Positions 38,949 through 48,160 of a stretch of DNA of 62,327 nt are shown here, piece by piece. The translations under genes and the position numbers were made by a program. The DNA lies in the IMG/VR virus record IMGVR_UViG_3300042542_002992, positions 1 through 62,327 of that record; one strand, 5' to 3'. Origin of the DNA: a virus (Duplodnaviria; Caudoviricetes). A model generated the notes under the pieces. It was not told the DNA's origin, made no database searches, and saw only the letters and a program-made list of their open reading frames with translations. Positions within the stretch are counted from its first letter, which is position 1. Every line of letters begins with the position of its first letter.

Positions 38949-38949
38949 T

Positions 38950-38956
38950 TATTTAT
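38950..38956 (+). promoter_or_regulatory. late-type TATTTAT motif before lysis cassette
   Basis: Recurrent intergenic motif. Confidence 0.5.
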
Positions 38957-39014
38957 ATAGATAGTAGATGGAAGTGGTGACATATTGTGACCACATATAT
39001 TTTAGAGGAGTACG

Positions 39015-39203
39015 ATGGATACAACTTCAGTACAACCAACCGCCCCTGATTTTGGGGTATTCAATCAGTTAGGTGATTATGGTCCGTTAGGATTGGCAGC
39101 ACTTGCTCTTGGATATGTGGCTTGGATGTTTTTAAAGCGCCAGTGGGCTGAAAAAGACAGATTAAAAGAAGAATTAAATAACACAAAAAAAAATAAGAAG
39201 TAA
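39015..39203 (+). CDS. single-TM holin-like protein A
   Basis: One TM segment, basic tail, GAGGAG upstream; paralogous to next gene. Confidence 0.6.
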   Translation: MDTTSVQPTAPDFGVFNQLGDYGPLGLAALALGYVAWMFLKRQWAEKDRLKEELNNTKKNKK

Positions 39204-39448
39204 TGTCATTTGGTCCCTTTGAAGTATTAACTCAATATGGTGTATTGGGTTTTGCTGTTTTAGGATTGGGTTACTTGTGTTGGGTATTTCTAAACAAACT
39301 CATGCAAAGTGAAGAAGACTATCGAAAACGATTAGAGCAATTAGAAGGTGAGTATCGTGACGAGTTAGAATCTAAACTGACAGAGAGTACCGAAAGTTCT
39401 AAAAGCTTAAAAGAAATTGTTCTTATGTTTTTGAGTGGTAAAAAATGA
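39203..39448 (+). CDS. single-TM holin-like protein B (BhlA-like)
   Basis: LTQYGVLGFAV TM followed by coiled coil. Confidence 0.6.
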   Translation: MSFGPFEVLTQYGVLGFAVLGLGYLCWVFLNKLMQSEEDYRKRLEQLEGEYRDELESKLTESTESSKSLKEIVLMFLSGKK

Positions 39449-39822
39449 AAAAAAAGATACTCATAGTAATAATTTCATTTGTAGCATTGGTTTGTTTACA
39501 AATATTTTCAAGTGGGCATGGTCACGTTGTCGTGGTGGAAGAAAATGTACAACTGACAGATGAAAATAAACAATTAACAACTGCCAATAAATCATTGCGT
39601 AGTACTGTTTCTAAATTAGAAACTAAAAACGAAGAACTTGTTGAAGAGAAACAAAATCTCGAAACGATGGTTTCCGAGGTGATTGGTGATTTAGATAGTA
39701 CAAGAGCTGTTGTTAAAAATATCAAGAAAGAGTTGAAAGATGAGAGGACTGTTAATAGCATTAATAATGGTCGGGAATTTGAGTTTCAGCCAATCAAGTT
39801 ACCCGATTCAGAAGGTAATTGA
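39445..39822 (+). CDS. TM + coiled-coil protein, i-spanin-like
   Basis: N-terminal TM, long heptad region, 3' end overlapped by next gene. Confidence 0.5.
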   Translation: MKKKILIVIISFVALVCLQIFSSGHGHVVVVEENVQLTDENKQLTTANKSLRSTVSKLETKNEELVEEKQNLETMVSEVIGDLDSTRAVVKNIKKELKDERTVNSINNGREFEFQPIKLPDSEGN

Positions 39823-40309
39823 TGGCGATACTTTTGTTATTCTGACAAAGGGGCAAGCTGATACAATTAATAGTATTTTTGAAAGTCAGAAAGCCAAAAT
39901 TGCAAAATACAAAGAGGAAACTAAAATCAAAGATTCTATAATCTCAATACGAGATACGTTATTGGTGTATTATACAAATAGAATCATAGAATATCATACA
40001 ATCATAGATAAAGAGATTGAACGTGTTGATAGACTTGATACTTTATCAGATTGGTTATACAAACGTGCGGTAGAAGGCGCTTGGTTATATTATTCGTATA
40101 AGAACCAATCTGTTGTTGCTGTGGATTTATCAAAATATGTAGTTCGTAAAGACGACTATACCGGTGACTTACTGTTTTATAGAATGACCGAGGATTGTAA
40201 TCCAAATGATAAACATGATAAAGAACCACCTTTGTATTGGCAAAATGATATAGCATTACCATCTCGACCTAAATTGAATATATTGAAATTAAAAGAAACC
40301 GAAAGGTAA
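39740..40309 (+). CDS. secreted protein overlapping the spanin-like gene
   Basis: Signal peptide MRGLLIALIMVGNLSFS|Q; 83 nt overlap in the +1 frame. Confidence 0.6.
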   Translation: MRGLLIALIMVGNLSFSQSSYPIQKVIDGDTFVILTKGQADTINSIFESQKAKIAKYKEETKIKDSIISIRDTLLVYYTNRIIEYHTIIDKEIERVDRLDTLSDWLYKRAVEGAWLYYSYKNQSVVAVDLSKYVVRKDDYTGDLLFYRMTEDCNPNDKHDKEPPLYWQNDIALPSRPKLNILKLKETER

Positions 40310-40356
40310 GAATTCAACATATTTATTATAAATTATTTATAAAATGGGAGTTGTCG

Positions 40357-40968
40357 ATGAGTTTAAAATCGTTACAAACTAAAATTGGTGTAGCAGCAGA
40401 TGGTGCTTTTGGACCTGGAACTTTAAAAGCTGCTATGGCTTATTACAAATTTACACCAGAAAGAGCCGCTCACTTCTTTGCTCAAACATCACACGAAACT
40501 GGTGGATTCAAAGCATTTTCTGAAAACCTAAATTATTCAGCACAAGGATTGCAAGGAATCTTTGGAAAGTATTTTCCTGGAAACTTGGAAGAATCTTATG
40601 CTCGTCAACCTGAAAAAATTGCCAATAGAGTTTATGCTGATAGGATGGGTAATGGAAATGAAGCATCTGGTGATGGTTGGAAATATAGAGGTCGGGGTGC
40701 TCTACAATTAACAGGTAAGGCTAACTATGAAGCATTTTCAAAACACTTGGCTAAGCCCGAAATAATTACAAATCCGGATTTAGTAGCAAATGAACTTGCT
40801 TTTGAATCAGCAATGTTTTTCTTTGATAGAAATAAATTGTGGGATATTTGTGATAAAGGTGTCAACAAAGATACCATTCTTGCATTAACAAAAAGAATCA
40901 ATGGTGGAACTCATGGGTTAGCCGACCGTGAGGAAAAAACACTTAAATATTATGGTTGGTTAAAATAA
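40357..40968 (+). CDS. GH19 endolysin with short peptidoglycan-binding N-terminus
   Basis: ADG.FGPGT; FFAQTSHETGGF...ENLNYS; DGWKYRGRGALQLTG; TKRINGG..GL.DR. Confidence 0.92.
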   Translation: MSLKSLQTKIGVAADGAFGPGTLKAAMAYYKFTPERAAHFFAQTSHETGGFKAFSENLNYSAQGLQGIFGKYFPGNLEESYARQPEKIANRVYADRMGNGNEASGDGWKYRGRGALQLTGKANYEAFSKHLAKPEIITNPDLVANELAFESAMFFFDRNKLWDICDKGVNKDTILALTKRINGGTHGLADREEKTLKYYGWLK

Positions 40969-40981
40969 GGAGATTACTAAC

Positions 40982-41581
40982 ATGGCAAAGTACACAAAAG
41001 AACAAGTTGAAAAAGCTGTAAAAGCTAAAGGTTATGTATGGTTTGAAGACGCTGCTAACAAAGGTTTTGATTTAAATATCGTTGGTATCAGAAACTCTGC
41101 TACCGGAACTAAAGTTACCAATGTATTTGATGATGCTATTTCAGTATCATACAAAGAAAATGGTGTTTGGATTTACAAGGAGTGGGTAAACACTACTGAT
41201 CCTGGAACTAAAGGTGTTAAAGAATATCACAACGCTGCAGGAGTTGCTCGTTTGGTTCCCGGTCAATATCGTGGGTCTCATACGTTAGGTCTTCACCAAG
41301 GTAAGTACGAAGCTTTGAAACAACAAAAGCCGGTAAAAGTATATCGTGATGCTAATCGTGATATGAACTATGATGAAACTAAAATCCAAGAAGGTGTATT
41401 TGGTATTAACATTCACAAGGCTGGTGCTGATTCTACTTATGTAGAGAACTGGTCTGAAGGATGTCAAGTATTCAAAAAAGCAGCTGACTTTGAAGAGTTC
41501 ATGGCTATCTGTAGAAAAGCTGGTGCTATTCATGGTAAGTCATTTACTTATACATTGATTGAATCAAAAGATATCGTTTAA
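40982..41581 (+). CDS. L,D-transpeptidase-fold peptidoglycan enzyme
   Basis: GINIH...WSEGCQ (H-x-S-x-G-C catalytic motif of the YkuD-like fold). Confidence 0.7.
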   Translation: MAKYTKEQVEKAVKAKGYVWFEDAANKGFDLNIVGIRNSATGTKVTNVFDDAISVSYKENGVWIYKEWVNTTDPGTKGVKEYHNAAGVARLVPGQYRGSHTLGLHQGKYEALKQQKPVKVYRDANRDMNYDETKIQEGVFGINIHKAGADSTYVENWSEGCQVFKKAADFEEFMAICRKAGAIHGKSFTYTLIESKDIV

Positions 41582-41604
41582 TATTTGATAAGATACCTAT
41601 AAAC

Positions 41605-41638
41605 AAACCCTCCGAAAATCACGGAGGGTTTCTTTTTA
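41605..41638 (+). terminator. rho-independent terminator
   Basis: AAACCCTCCG-7 nt loop-CGGAGGGTTT perfect 10 bp stem followed by CTTTTT. Confidence 0.85.
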
Positions 41639-41646
41639 TATGGGTA

Positions 41647-41653
41647 TATTTAT
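41647..41653 (+). promoter_or_regulatory. late-type TATTTAT motif before envelope operon
   Basis: Immediately after terminator, 52 nt before the AGGAG-led ATG. Confidence 0.5.
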
Positions 41654-41705
41654 ATTGGAATTAGTTTTGAATTTGTTATGAGCCGTTAATAAAGGAGAAA
41701 CAACT

Positions 41706-41954
41706 ATGGCATTTTGGGACATTTTCAAAGACAAAAATGATTTTAACGAGAAAACTATCGTAGGTTTTCTATCATTCACAGTAATGGCTATTTTCGCCGG
41801 AGCTGACATCGTAACTGGTATTATGGGTAATCAACTCATCATTAGCGACACGATTTTTAATTCGTTCGTAATGATTACCTTGGGTGCTTTTGGTATCGCT
41901 GAAGCTGGTAAGATTTTCGGTGGTAAAAAGAACAACGAAGAATCAGAGGGATAA
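41706..41954 (+). CDS. small two-TM membrane protein
   Basis: Two hydrophobic segments; AGGAG upstream. Confidence 0.7.
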   Translation: MAFWDIFKDKNDFNEKTIVGFLSFTVMAIFAGADIVTGIMGNQLIISDTIFNSFVMITLGAFGIAEAGKIFGGKKNNEESEG

Positions 41955-41958
41955 TTTC

Positions 41959-43860
41959 ATGAAAAAATTACTCGTATTGTTAACTACAATATGGGTGAGT
42001 GTGTCAGCGTTTGGGCAGAATGGTAAGAACGAAGTTCTCCCTGCCCCCGCTTCGAGCTCTCCATATTTCTTGATTGATACAACGTTTGTTCAAGGTTCAA
42101 AACTTGAAGATACAACTGTTGTTTATGTTCACTTTAACAATCCAACATCAAATAAAATCACCGGTATTCAGGTTAGATTCTTTTATGATAATGTTAACTT
42201 CAAAACTCCGATTGTAAAGTGGGGTCCGGTTGCTACAGCAGTATCGTCAAAGTATGGTGCTTACTATTCATCTTCAGATTGGGTGAACGTGAACTTAATT
42301 TATACCGGAAACTCATCTACATTCGGATGGTCTAATGGTGCTATATTCATGGTAAAGTTACCACATAAATCAACCTTTGACCCTGCTACTGTAGATTCTT
42401 TGATGGTGACCGGTACTACTACATACAATAACCTTGCTACCACAAGTGCCGGTATTGACGTTAGTTTAGGTATGTTTTCATATGGTGGTGCTTTCTTACA
42501 ACCTACTTTGAAATTCCCATTCATTGTTAAAAACGTTCAGAACGGAGCTACAAAAGGAATTACCGCTAAATACCACTACAAAAAGAAGGCAGCTTCAACT
42601 TGGTCTGCTGGAACTTCATTTAGGACCGATTCTACCGGTAAAGCTATTATTGAAATCCCATACGACACATCATACTACAATGTTAAGTTGACTATTGCTA
42701 CTGATTCATTAAAAGATGGTAGTGCTATTTCTATTGTAGACGCATATAGATTGGCTGATATTGCAGTACAATCCGATACCGCAACTTCATACGAATATCA
42801 AGAAGGTGATATCAACCGCAGTGGTACGTTAACAACATCTGACGCATTCTTGGTATTTAATCGTTTAGCAAAAATGGATACTACTTGGAATGTTCTTGTA
42901 TCGGGTGAACACAACGTTAAATTATTAAGAAAAACTGAATATGATTCTATCGTTGCTACTCCATCTACATTCTTAACATCAAAAGTTGGTGTATACACAA
43001 TCGACAAATCTATCAATGGTTTGGATTCATTAAAATATCATTCTTACGTTTTGGGTGATGTAACTTCTACTGGTTATAATACCACATCATTCTTGGTAGC
43101 TAAAATTGCTCAAGGTGGAAGTGGTACACAATATGTTCTTGACCAACAAAGAATGATTCAACACATCGATGATTCAGTTCAGTTTGTGATTCCTAAACTA
43201 AACGTATCAGGTGATAACACCGCTACCATTCCTGTAACCTTGGTTACTCATGGTAACTCTATTGGTGCTGCACAAATTGGTCTTGAGTTTGATACAAATA
43301 TCTTTGAATTCGAATCATTGGATATGGGTGAGACTATGAGTCGTTGGACATCATTCCTTGCTAATCAAGATGGTAAGATTTTGTGGGGTGGTCATGAATC
43401 TCAAATGGACCCTGCTCTTGTAACTGGCACAACTAACGTATTTACTTTCAAGTTTAGAATCAAATCTACAAACTGGGAAGAAAGTCCTATTAGAGTATTC
43501 TCAAAGGCTGCTGGTGATGAGACTGCAAGTGATTTAAATATTATTAGAACTCCTGTAGATGCTACTGTTGTCTATAGAAGAGGTAAGAGTGAATTGTTGG
43601 ACGAGTTAGTAGATGGATTTAGAACATTCCCTAACCCAGCCACCGATTATATCTTGGTTGATTACTACATGGCTGAACAACACAAATTGTCAAGTGGATT
43701 ATTCACACTTGATGGTCAGTTGTTACAACATAACGAGGTTATCAATCAGGGTGGTGTTACAAGCACCAAATATGATTTGACAAAATTACCTACCGGTGTG
43801 TATGTGTTAATGATGTCAACTGATACAAAAACCAAATTTTACAAAATCGTTAAATATTAA
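41959..43860 (+). CDS. T9SS type A sorting-domain protein with cohesin-like and dockerin-like domains
   Basis: Signal peptide ..SAFG|Q; cohesin-like ITGIQVRFFYD and IGAAQIGLEFD; dockerin-like GDINRSGTLTTSDA; CTD FPNPATD...LPTGVYVL...KFYKIVKY. Confidence 0.85.
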   Translation: MKKLLVLLTTIWVSVSAFGQNGKNEVLPAPASSSPYFLIDTTFVQGSKLEDTTVVYVHFNNPTSNKITGIQVRFFYDNVNFKTPIVKWGPVATAVSSKYGAYYSSSDWVNVNLIYTGNSSTFGWSNGAIFMVKLPHKSTFDPATVDSLMVTGTTTYNNLATTSAGIDVSLGMFSYGGAFLQPTLKFPFIVKNVQNGATKGITAKYHYKKKAASTWSAGTSFRTDSTGKAIIEIPYDTSYYNVKLTIATDSLKDGSAISIVDAYRLADIAVQSDTATSYEYQEGDINRSGTLTTSDAFLVFNRLAKMDTTWNVLVSGEHNVKLLRKTEYDSIVATPSTFLTSKVGVYTIDKSINGLDSLKYHSYVLGDVTSTGYNTTSFLVAKIAQGGSGTQYVLDQQRMIQHIDDSVQFVIPKLNVSGDNTATIPVTLVTHGNSIGAAQIGLEFDTNIFEFESLDMGETMSRWTSFLANQDGKILWGGHESQMDPALVTGTTNVFTFKFRIKSTNWEESPIRVFSKAAGDETASDLNIIRTPVDATVVYRRGKSELLDELVDGFRTFPNPATDYILVDYYMAEQHKLSSGLFTLDGQLLQHNEVINQGGVTSTKYDLTKLPTGVYVLMMSTDTKTKFYKIVKY

Positions 43861-43873
43861 AAAAGGATTCGAA

Positions 43874-44278
43874 ATGAGTGAAGAAGTAAAAGAAGGAATG
43901 TCTAGCATCACCAAAACAGTGATTGGTGCTGTTACTACAATTGTAACTGTAGTTTCCGGTTATGTTGTTACAAATGTTGAGAAAATATTTGGTACTGATG
44001 AAAAAGAAGAGAAAACCGAACAAGTATCACAACAGGGTGGTGCTCAAGGTCAATCTGCTACTCCAGCGCCAGTTGTAATCAACATGACAAACAATAATAC
44101 ACAACAACAAACAAATTCCAATGGTGGTGGTAGAACTATCATTAAGGAAACTGTTCGTGAAGTTCCCGCTAACCAACCTGCAGCTGCTACTCCAGCACCA
44201 GAACCTAAAAAGGAAACTGTTGCTGAAAGAATGGCAAGATTGAAAGCCGAAAAAGCTGCGGCCGGAGAAGGAAAATAA
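43874..44278 (+). CDS. membrane-anchored low-complexity protein
   Basis: N-terminal TM, then Q/N/P/A-rich disordered tail. Confidence 0.7.
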   Translation: MSEEVKEGMSSITKTVIGAVTTIVTVVSGYVVTNVEKIFGTDEKEEKTEQVSQQGGAQGQSATPAPVVINMTNNNTQQQTNSNGGGRTIIKETVREVPANQPAAATPAPEPKKETVAERMARLKAEKAAAGEGK

Positions 44279-44281
44279 CCT

Positions 44282-45022
44282 ATGGAAAATCGTAAAGATA
44301 ATTTCATATCAACATTGTTTAGTGTTGTTGGTATTATAGTAATGATTGTCGGATTCGCTCTAATTTCGTCTGCTATAACTGGATGTAAATCTACAATATC
44401 TACTCAACAATATCAAGCTGAATTTGAAAAGGCTGCTCCTTTGGAAACATTACCACCATACACTGGTGAAAAACAAGTGGTTCAACTTGCTACTTTGAAT
44501 GTAAATAAAGAATTGTGGGAATCTTTTCCTGAACTTCGTGAGAAGAGACTTGGAATGGGTGTTTCGAATAGAATTATTGAAAACTTCGAAACCACAAATA
44601 GATTTATTTACGCTGAAGAAAAAGAAGCTATTGTAAATCAAATGTTGGATGCTTGGGAGAAAGATGCACAAGGTCTTGGTGATGGTAAAACTAAAATCAA
44701 GATGGAAGGTATCGCTCTACCAAAATTCATAGTGTATGCTGAAATATATGACTTTTCAGTTTCTTATGCTGAAAAATATGACAAGGGTAAATTACAAAAG
44801 ACAAACACAACAATTATCGGTATTCAAATCAGAATGGTGAATGTTGACAATTCACAATACATCGTAGCCTCTGGTCAGGGTACATCCACTCAAATTGGTG
44901 AAGGTTACTTCAAAAACCCAAGTATGTCTTTTGACCAATCTACAGTCGGAATTGCTACTCAAAGAGCTTTAGAGGTTGCTACAATGAACCTTATGAAGCG
45001 AATGAGTACAAATGGCTGGTAA
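44282..45022 (+). CDS. CsgG/HfaB-family outer-membrane lipoprotein
   Basis: Lipobox ITG|C; GMGV...E..TNRF...E; AEIYDF; IQIRMVNV.N...SG.G. Confidence 0.75.
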   Translation: MENRKDNFISTLFSVVGIIVMIVGFALISSAITGCKSTISTQQYQAEFEKAAPLETLPPYTGEKQVVQLATLNVNKELWESFPELREKRLGMGVSNRIIENFETTNRFIYAEEKEAIVNQMLDAWEKDAQGLGDGKTKIKMEGIALPKFIVYAEIYDFSVSYAEKYDKGKLQKTNTTIIGIQIRMVNVDNSQYIVASGQGTSTQIGEGYFKNPSMSFDQSTVGIATQRALEVATMNLMKRMSTNGW

Positions 45023-46469
45023 ACAATTCATATTACTAACTTTATTTTTAAGTGGACTGTCCCTATATGGGCAGTCCACTTATCGTTATATAGACCCGTG
45101 TACGGGTCAACAAAAGACGATAAATTTACCACCAAATGGTACTGGCACACTTATGAACTATGCGGGTCAAACTCGTATATTTAGTTGGGCTGAACTACAA
45201 ACCGGTGCTTATGAAGCATGGGTAGCATCTATTAATGCTCAATTCCCACCGGGAGTTGACCCATGTGCCGGTCAAGGTGAAACAGTAACAAATAACTTTA
45301 ATACACAACTTGGTTCACAATCAGCAAACAATGTGGCTTCTATAACCGGCATTGTGAGTATGGCAGCGTCCATGGGTAGTTCAATGTCAGGTGCAGCTTC
45401 TACCGCAGGTGGTGTTGGTAGTTCAATGTCAGGTGGTTCTTCAAGTGGGGGCTCTAACTCCAACGATAATGGTGAGGGTGGTGAATCTGGCGAAGGTGGG
45501 TCTAACAATTCCAATAATAATAGTGGGTCTAAACCACCAAGTGGTGGTAGTAGTGGTAGTGGTGGTAGTGGTGGTTCGGGAGGCTCGGGTGGCAGCGGAG
45601 GCTCCGGTGGTGGTTCTACTGGTGGCTCTGGTGGAAGTGGTGGTGGTTCTACCGGCAGTTCTGAAGGTCAACCACAAGGACAACCTCAAGGTGAAAACAC
45701 ATCGGAGACTACTACAAGTGAGGGTGGTGGCACGAGTCAAACAAATGCGTCTGCTACGGGAGGTGAATCTGAATCCGATAATGGTGGGGGTGGTTCTTCC
45801 GGTGGTAACAAATCTAAATCAAAACAAGAAAAGGTTGGACGTGGTGCATTAATTGGTGCTGGTGATATTGTTATTATTAGAAATTCGGAAGACATAAAAG
45901 AAACCGGTTCTGATAACTTTAAGATAAACGTATCAATGACTCATTTGAATACTAAACAAACTTTTATTAAGGGTATAAACGTAAACTATCAGACTGGTGA
46001 AAATGTTACAAACGTAACACTATATGGTTCTTTAAAAAAGAATGGGTACATGGGTATATTCTCAAACTCATTTATGACAAACTTTAAAACCGATTGGTTC
46101 AATACATCATCACTATTGAATGCTCAAAAGACCGGACCTGTAACTTGGATGTTGGGGGGTAATTTCACCTATGGTTATCTTGGTAAGGGTCAATTTAAAA
46201 ACTTTTCGTTAGTTGGTGGTGGATTTACTAATTTTAAAGGTGGAAAATCTATCGGAGCTAACGTATTATTGTTGTCAGTATATTCCCCATACATATTTTA
46301 TTATGAGGGTCAATGGTATAAGAGTGGGTTCTTGATGGTGCCTATGATTAATACCGACTTTAAAGTTACGGATAAGTTCAAATGGAGCATAAGTTTTGCA
46401 GGAGTGTATCAACTAAATCAGTCAGTTCTAAACTGGCAATTAATGACAGGTACAAAAATATTATTATGA
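45012..46469 (+). CDS. secreted protein with Gly/Ser-rich linker and C-terminal beta-barrel-like domain
   Basis: Signal ..SLYG|Q; two Cys in the N-domain; about 150 aa G/S/N linker; alternating amphipathic strands to the C-terminus. Confidence 0.7.
   Translation: MAGKQFILLTLFLSGLSLYGQSTYRYIDPCTGQQKTINLPPNGTGTLMNYAGQTRIFSWAELQTGAYEAWVASINAQFPPGVDPCAGQGETVTNNFNTQLGSQSANNVASITGIVSMAASMGSSMSGAASTAGGVGSSMSGGSSSGGSNSNDNGEGGESGEGGSNNSNNNSGSKPPSGGSSGSGGSGGSGGSGGSGGSGGGSTGGSGGSGGGSTGSSEGQPQGQPQGENTSETTTSEGGGTSQTNASATGGESESDNGGGGSSGGNKSKSKQEKVGRGALIGAGDIVIIRNSEDIKETGSDNFKINVSMTHLNTKQTFIKGINVNYQTGENVTNVTLYGSLKKNGYMGIFSNSFMTNFKTDWFNTSSLLNAQKTGPVTWMLGGNFTYGYLGKGQFKNFSLVGGGFTNFKGGKSIGANVLLLSVYSPYIFYYEGQWYKSGFLMVPMINTDFKVTDKFKWSISFAGVYQLNQSVLNWQLMTGTKILL
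45375..45812 (+). repeat. low-complexity Gly/Ser coding repeat
   Basis: GGS/GGT-rich runs; 19 bp direct repeat GGTAGTTCAATGTCAGGTG at 45375 and 45417. Confidence 0.8.
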
Positions 46470-48151
46470 AACAGTTTATTTTAACTCCAATTTTTGTACT
46501 ATTAGTACAAGTTTACGGATATTCTCAAACCTTTACTCATTCTGGCAAAGTGATGACGGATTCAAGTATTGGTATTTCAGGAGTAACTGTTAAGTTATAT
46601 GAGAGAACAACACCAACCTTAACCGGATTCACATCACAAACAAATTATAATGGTCACTCATATTATCGTTCCACATCCAGCGCAACTTGGACTGATGCAA
46701 AAGCTGCTTGTGAAAATATGGGTGGACACTTGGTAACAATCTCCAACTCGTCCGAAAACTCATTTGTATACAATACATGGCCCAGTGGTTGGATTGGGTA
46801 TTATCAAGATAAGAATGGGGCATTTTATTCAGAACCAAACGCGGGGTGGAGATGGACACAACCATACACCACATCTGGTCAAATTGCAGATTATGAAGTT
46901 CAAAATTATACAACCGGAAGTACACTTACTGATATCAAATCGAGTATAAATGCTACATTATTTAATACGCCTACGTTAACGAGTACAGGTGGAAAATACT
47001 TGACTTTTAATGGGTCAACTCAATACGCAATGACCGGTGATTTATCGGGCAAGTTTTCGGGTGGGTCTGAAGTTACAACTTTAATACTTTGGGTATATCC
47101 AACAGATGCTGGTGTGTTGGTATCTGAAAAGGGAAGTGCTTCGTTATCATCAACATGGCACGAATCAAACATAGAGATAACAAATGTTTCGGGAAGTAGT
47201 GGTACATTGAGATTGGGGTTGTGGAATACGAGTAGTGCTATATCACAAATTAGTACAACTATTGCAATCAATAGGTGGAATATGATTGCTCTCACTTACG
47301 ATGGTAGTACCATGAAAGGATATCTGAATGGGGTGTACTTTAATTCGATTACGTTCAATCGTGATGCTCCATATAATAATAGTAATGGATTGTATTATGC
47401 TTTATTCTCATCAGAGAGTACAAACATGGGTGATGGTACATATGCTGCTGGTAGGTTGGGTGATTTCCAAGTATACAACACAGCACTAACCGCTGATGAG
47501 ATTGATAGAAATTATATGTCAACCGCTTGGAGATTTGGCGTCTATCCATATTCAAACTGGAATGGGGGAGAGCCCAACAATGCAGGTAGTGAGGATTACA
47601 TACAATTTGTGTCCGGTGGTAGGTGGAACGATTTACCAAATAATTCCTTACCTTACGTTTTAGAATTTGATTATATTGTTACTACAAGTTCGTGGTCATT
47701 ACTGACATCCACAACCACAAATTCAAGTGGTGCTTATTCGTTTAGTGTGTCTACGAATCCATCCAAAGAATATTATATAGAAGTAGTAACCCCAACGGTT
47801 TCAACAAACATATCAACAACCGACTTGATTGGTATTGGCGATGTTTCTCTTCAAAAACTACCTACGAAATCATACCACTATCATAAGTTTGACATAAATC
47901 TTGATTCTAAAATAACAATATCAGATATGCAGTATATAATGGATATTATAAATGGTACTCGGTCATTTACCAAAACCACACTATTGTTTACCTCAAGTCA
48001 ATGGTCAAGTTTATCAAGTGGTACTTCTAATTTAAAATCTACGATTCCAGGAATCACTACAAATTATACATTTACACCTACATCGGGTGGAACTACAAAC
48101 TTCTATTTATTATCACCCGGTTACACAAACCAATCCAAACTAACATATTAA
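46466..48151 (+). CDS. secreted C-type lectin / LamG / dockerin-like protein
   Basis: Signal ..YGYS|Q; CTL halves YNGHSYY..TW.DAK.AC..MGGHLVTI..WIG and NW..GEPNN..ED..WND; LamG WNMIALTYDG..YLNG..YN.AL; dockerin-like DINLDSKITISD. Confidence 0.85.
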   Translation: MKQFILTPIFVLLVQVYGYSQTFTHSGKVMTDSSIGISGVTVKLYERTTPTLTGFTSQTNYNGHSYYRSTSSATWTDAKAACENMGGHLVTISNSSENSFVYNTWPSGWIGYYQDKNGAFYSEPNAGWRWTQPYTTSGQIADYEVQNYTTGSTLTDIKSSINATLFNTPTLTSTGGKYLTFNGSTQYAMTGDLSGKFSGGSEVTTLILWVYPTDAGVLVSEKGSASLSSTWHESNIEITNVSGSSGTLRLGLWNTSSAISQISTTIAINRWNMIALTYDGSTMKGYLNGVYFNSITFNRDAPYNNSNGLYYALFSSESTNMGDGTYAAGRLGDFQVYNTALTADEIDRNYMSTAWRFGVYPYSNWNGGEPNNAGSEDYIQFVSGGRWNDLPNNSLPYVLEFDYIVTTSSWSLLTSTTTNSSGAYSFSVSTNPSKEYYIEVVTPTVSTNISTTDLIGIGDVSLQKLPTKSYHYHKFDINLDSKITISDMQYIMDIINGTRSFTKTTLLFTSSQWSSLSSGTSNLKSTIPGITTNYTFTPTSGGTTNFYLLSPGYTNQSKLTY

Positions 48152-48160
48152 GGAAAGATT

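Noticed and set aside
38974-38994. GTGGT-N11-ACCAC hairpin upstream of the holin-like gene
   Set aside because: Short, with an internal mismatch and no U-tract; cannot be distinguished from chance.
45391-45852. Poly-Val and poly-Thr ORFs and an apparent tandem array
   Set aside because: These are alternative-frame readings of the Gly/Ser linker.
46466-48151. Diversity-generating retroelement target (C-type lectin fold)
   Set aside because: No reverse transcriptase or template/variable repeat pair seen in the window; the lectin is a canonical EPN/WND type.
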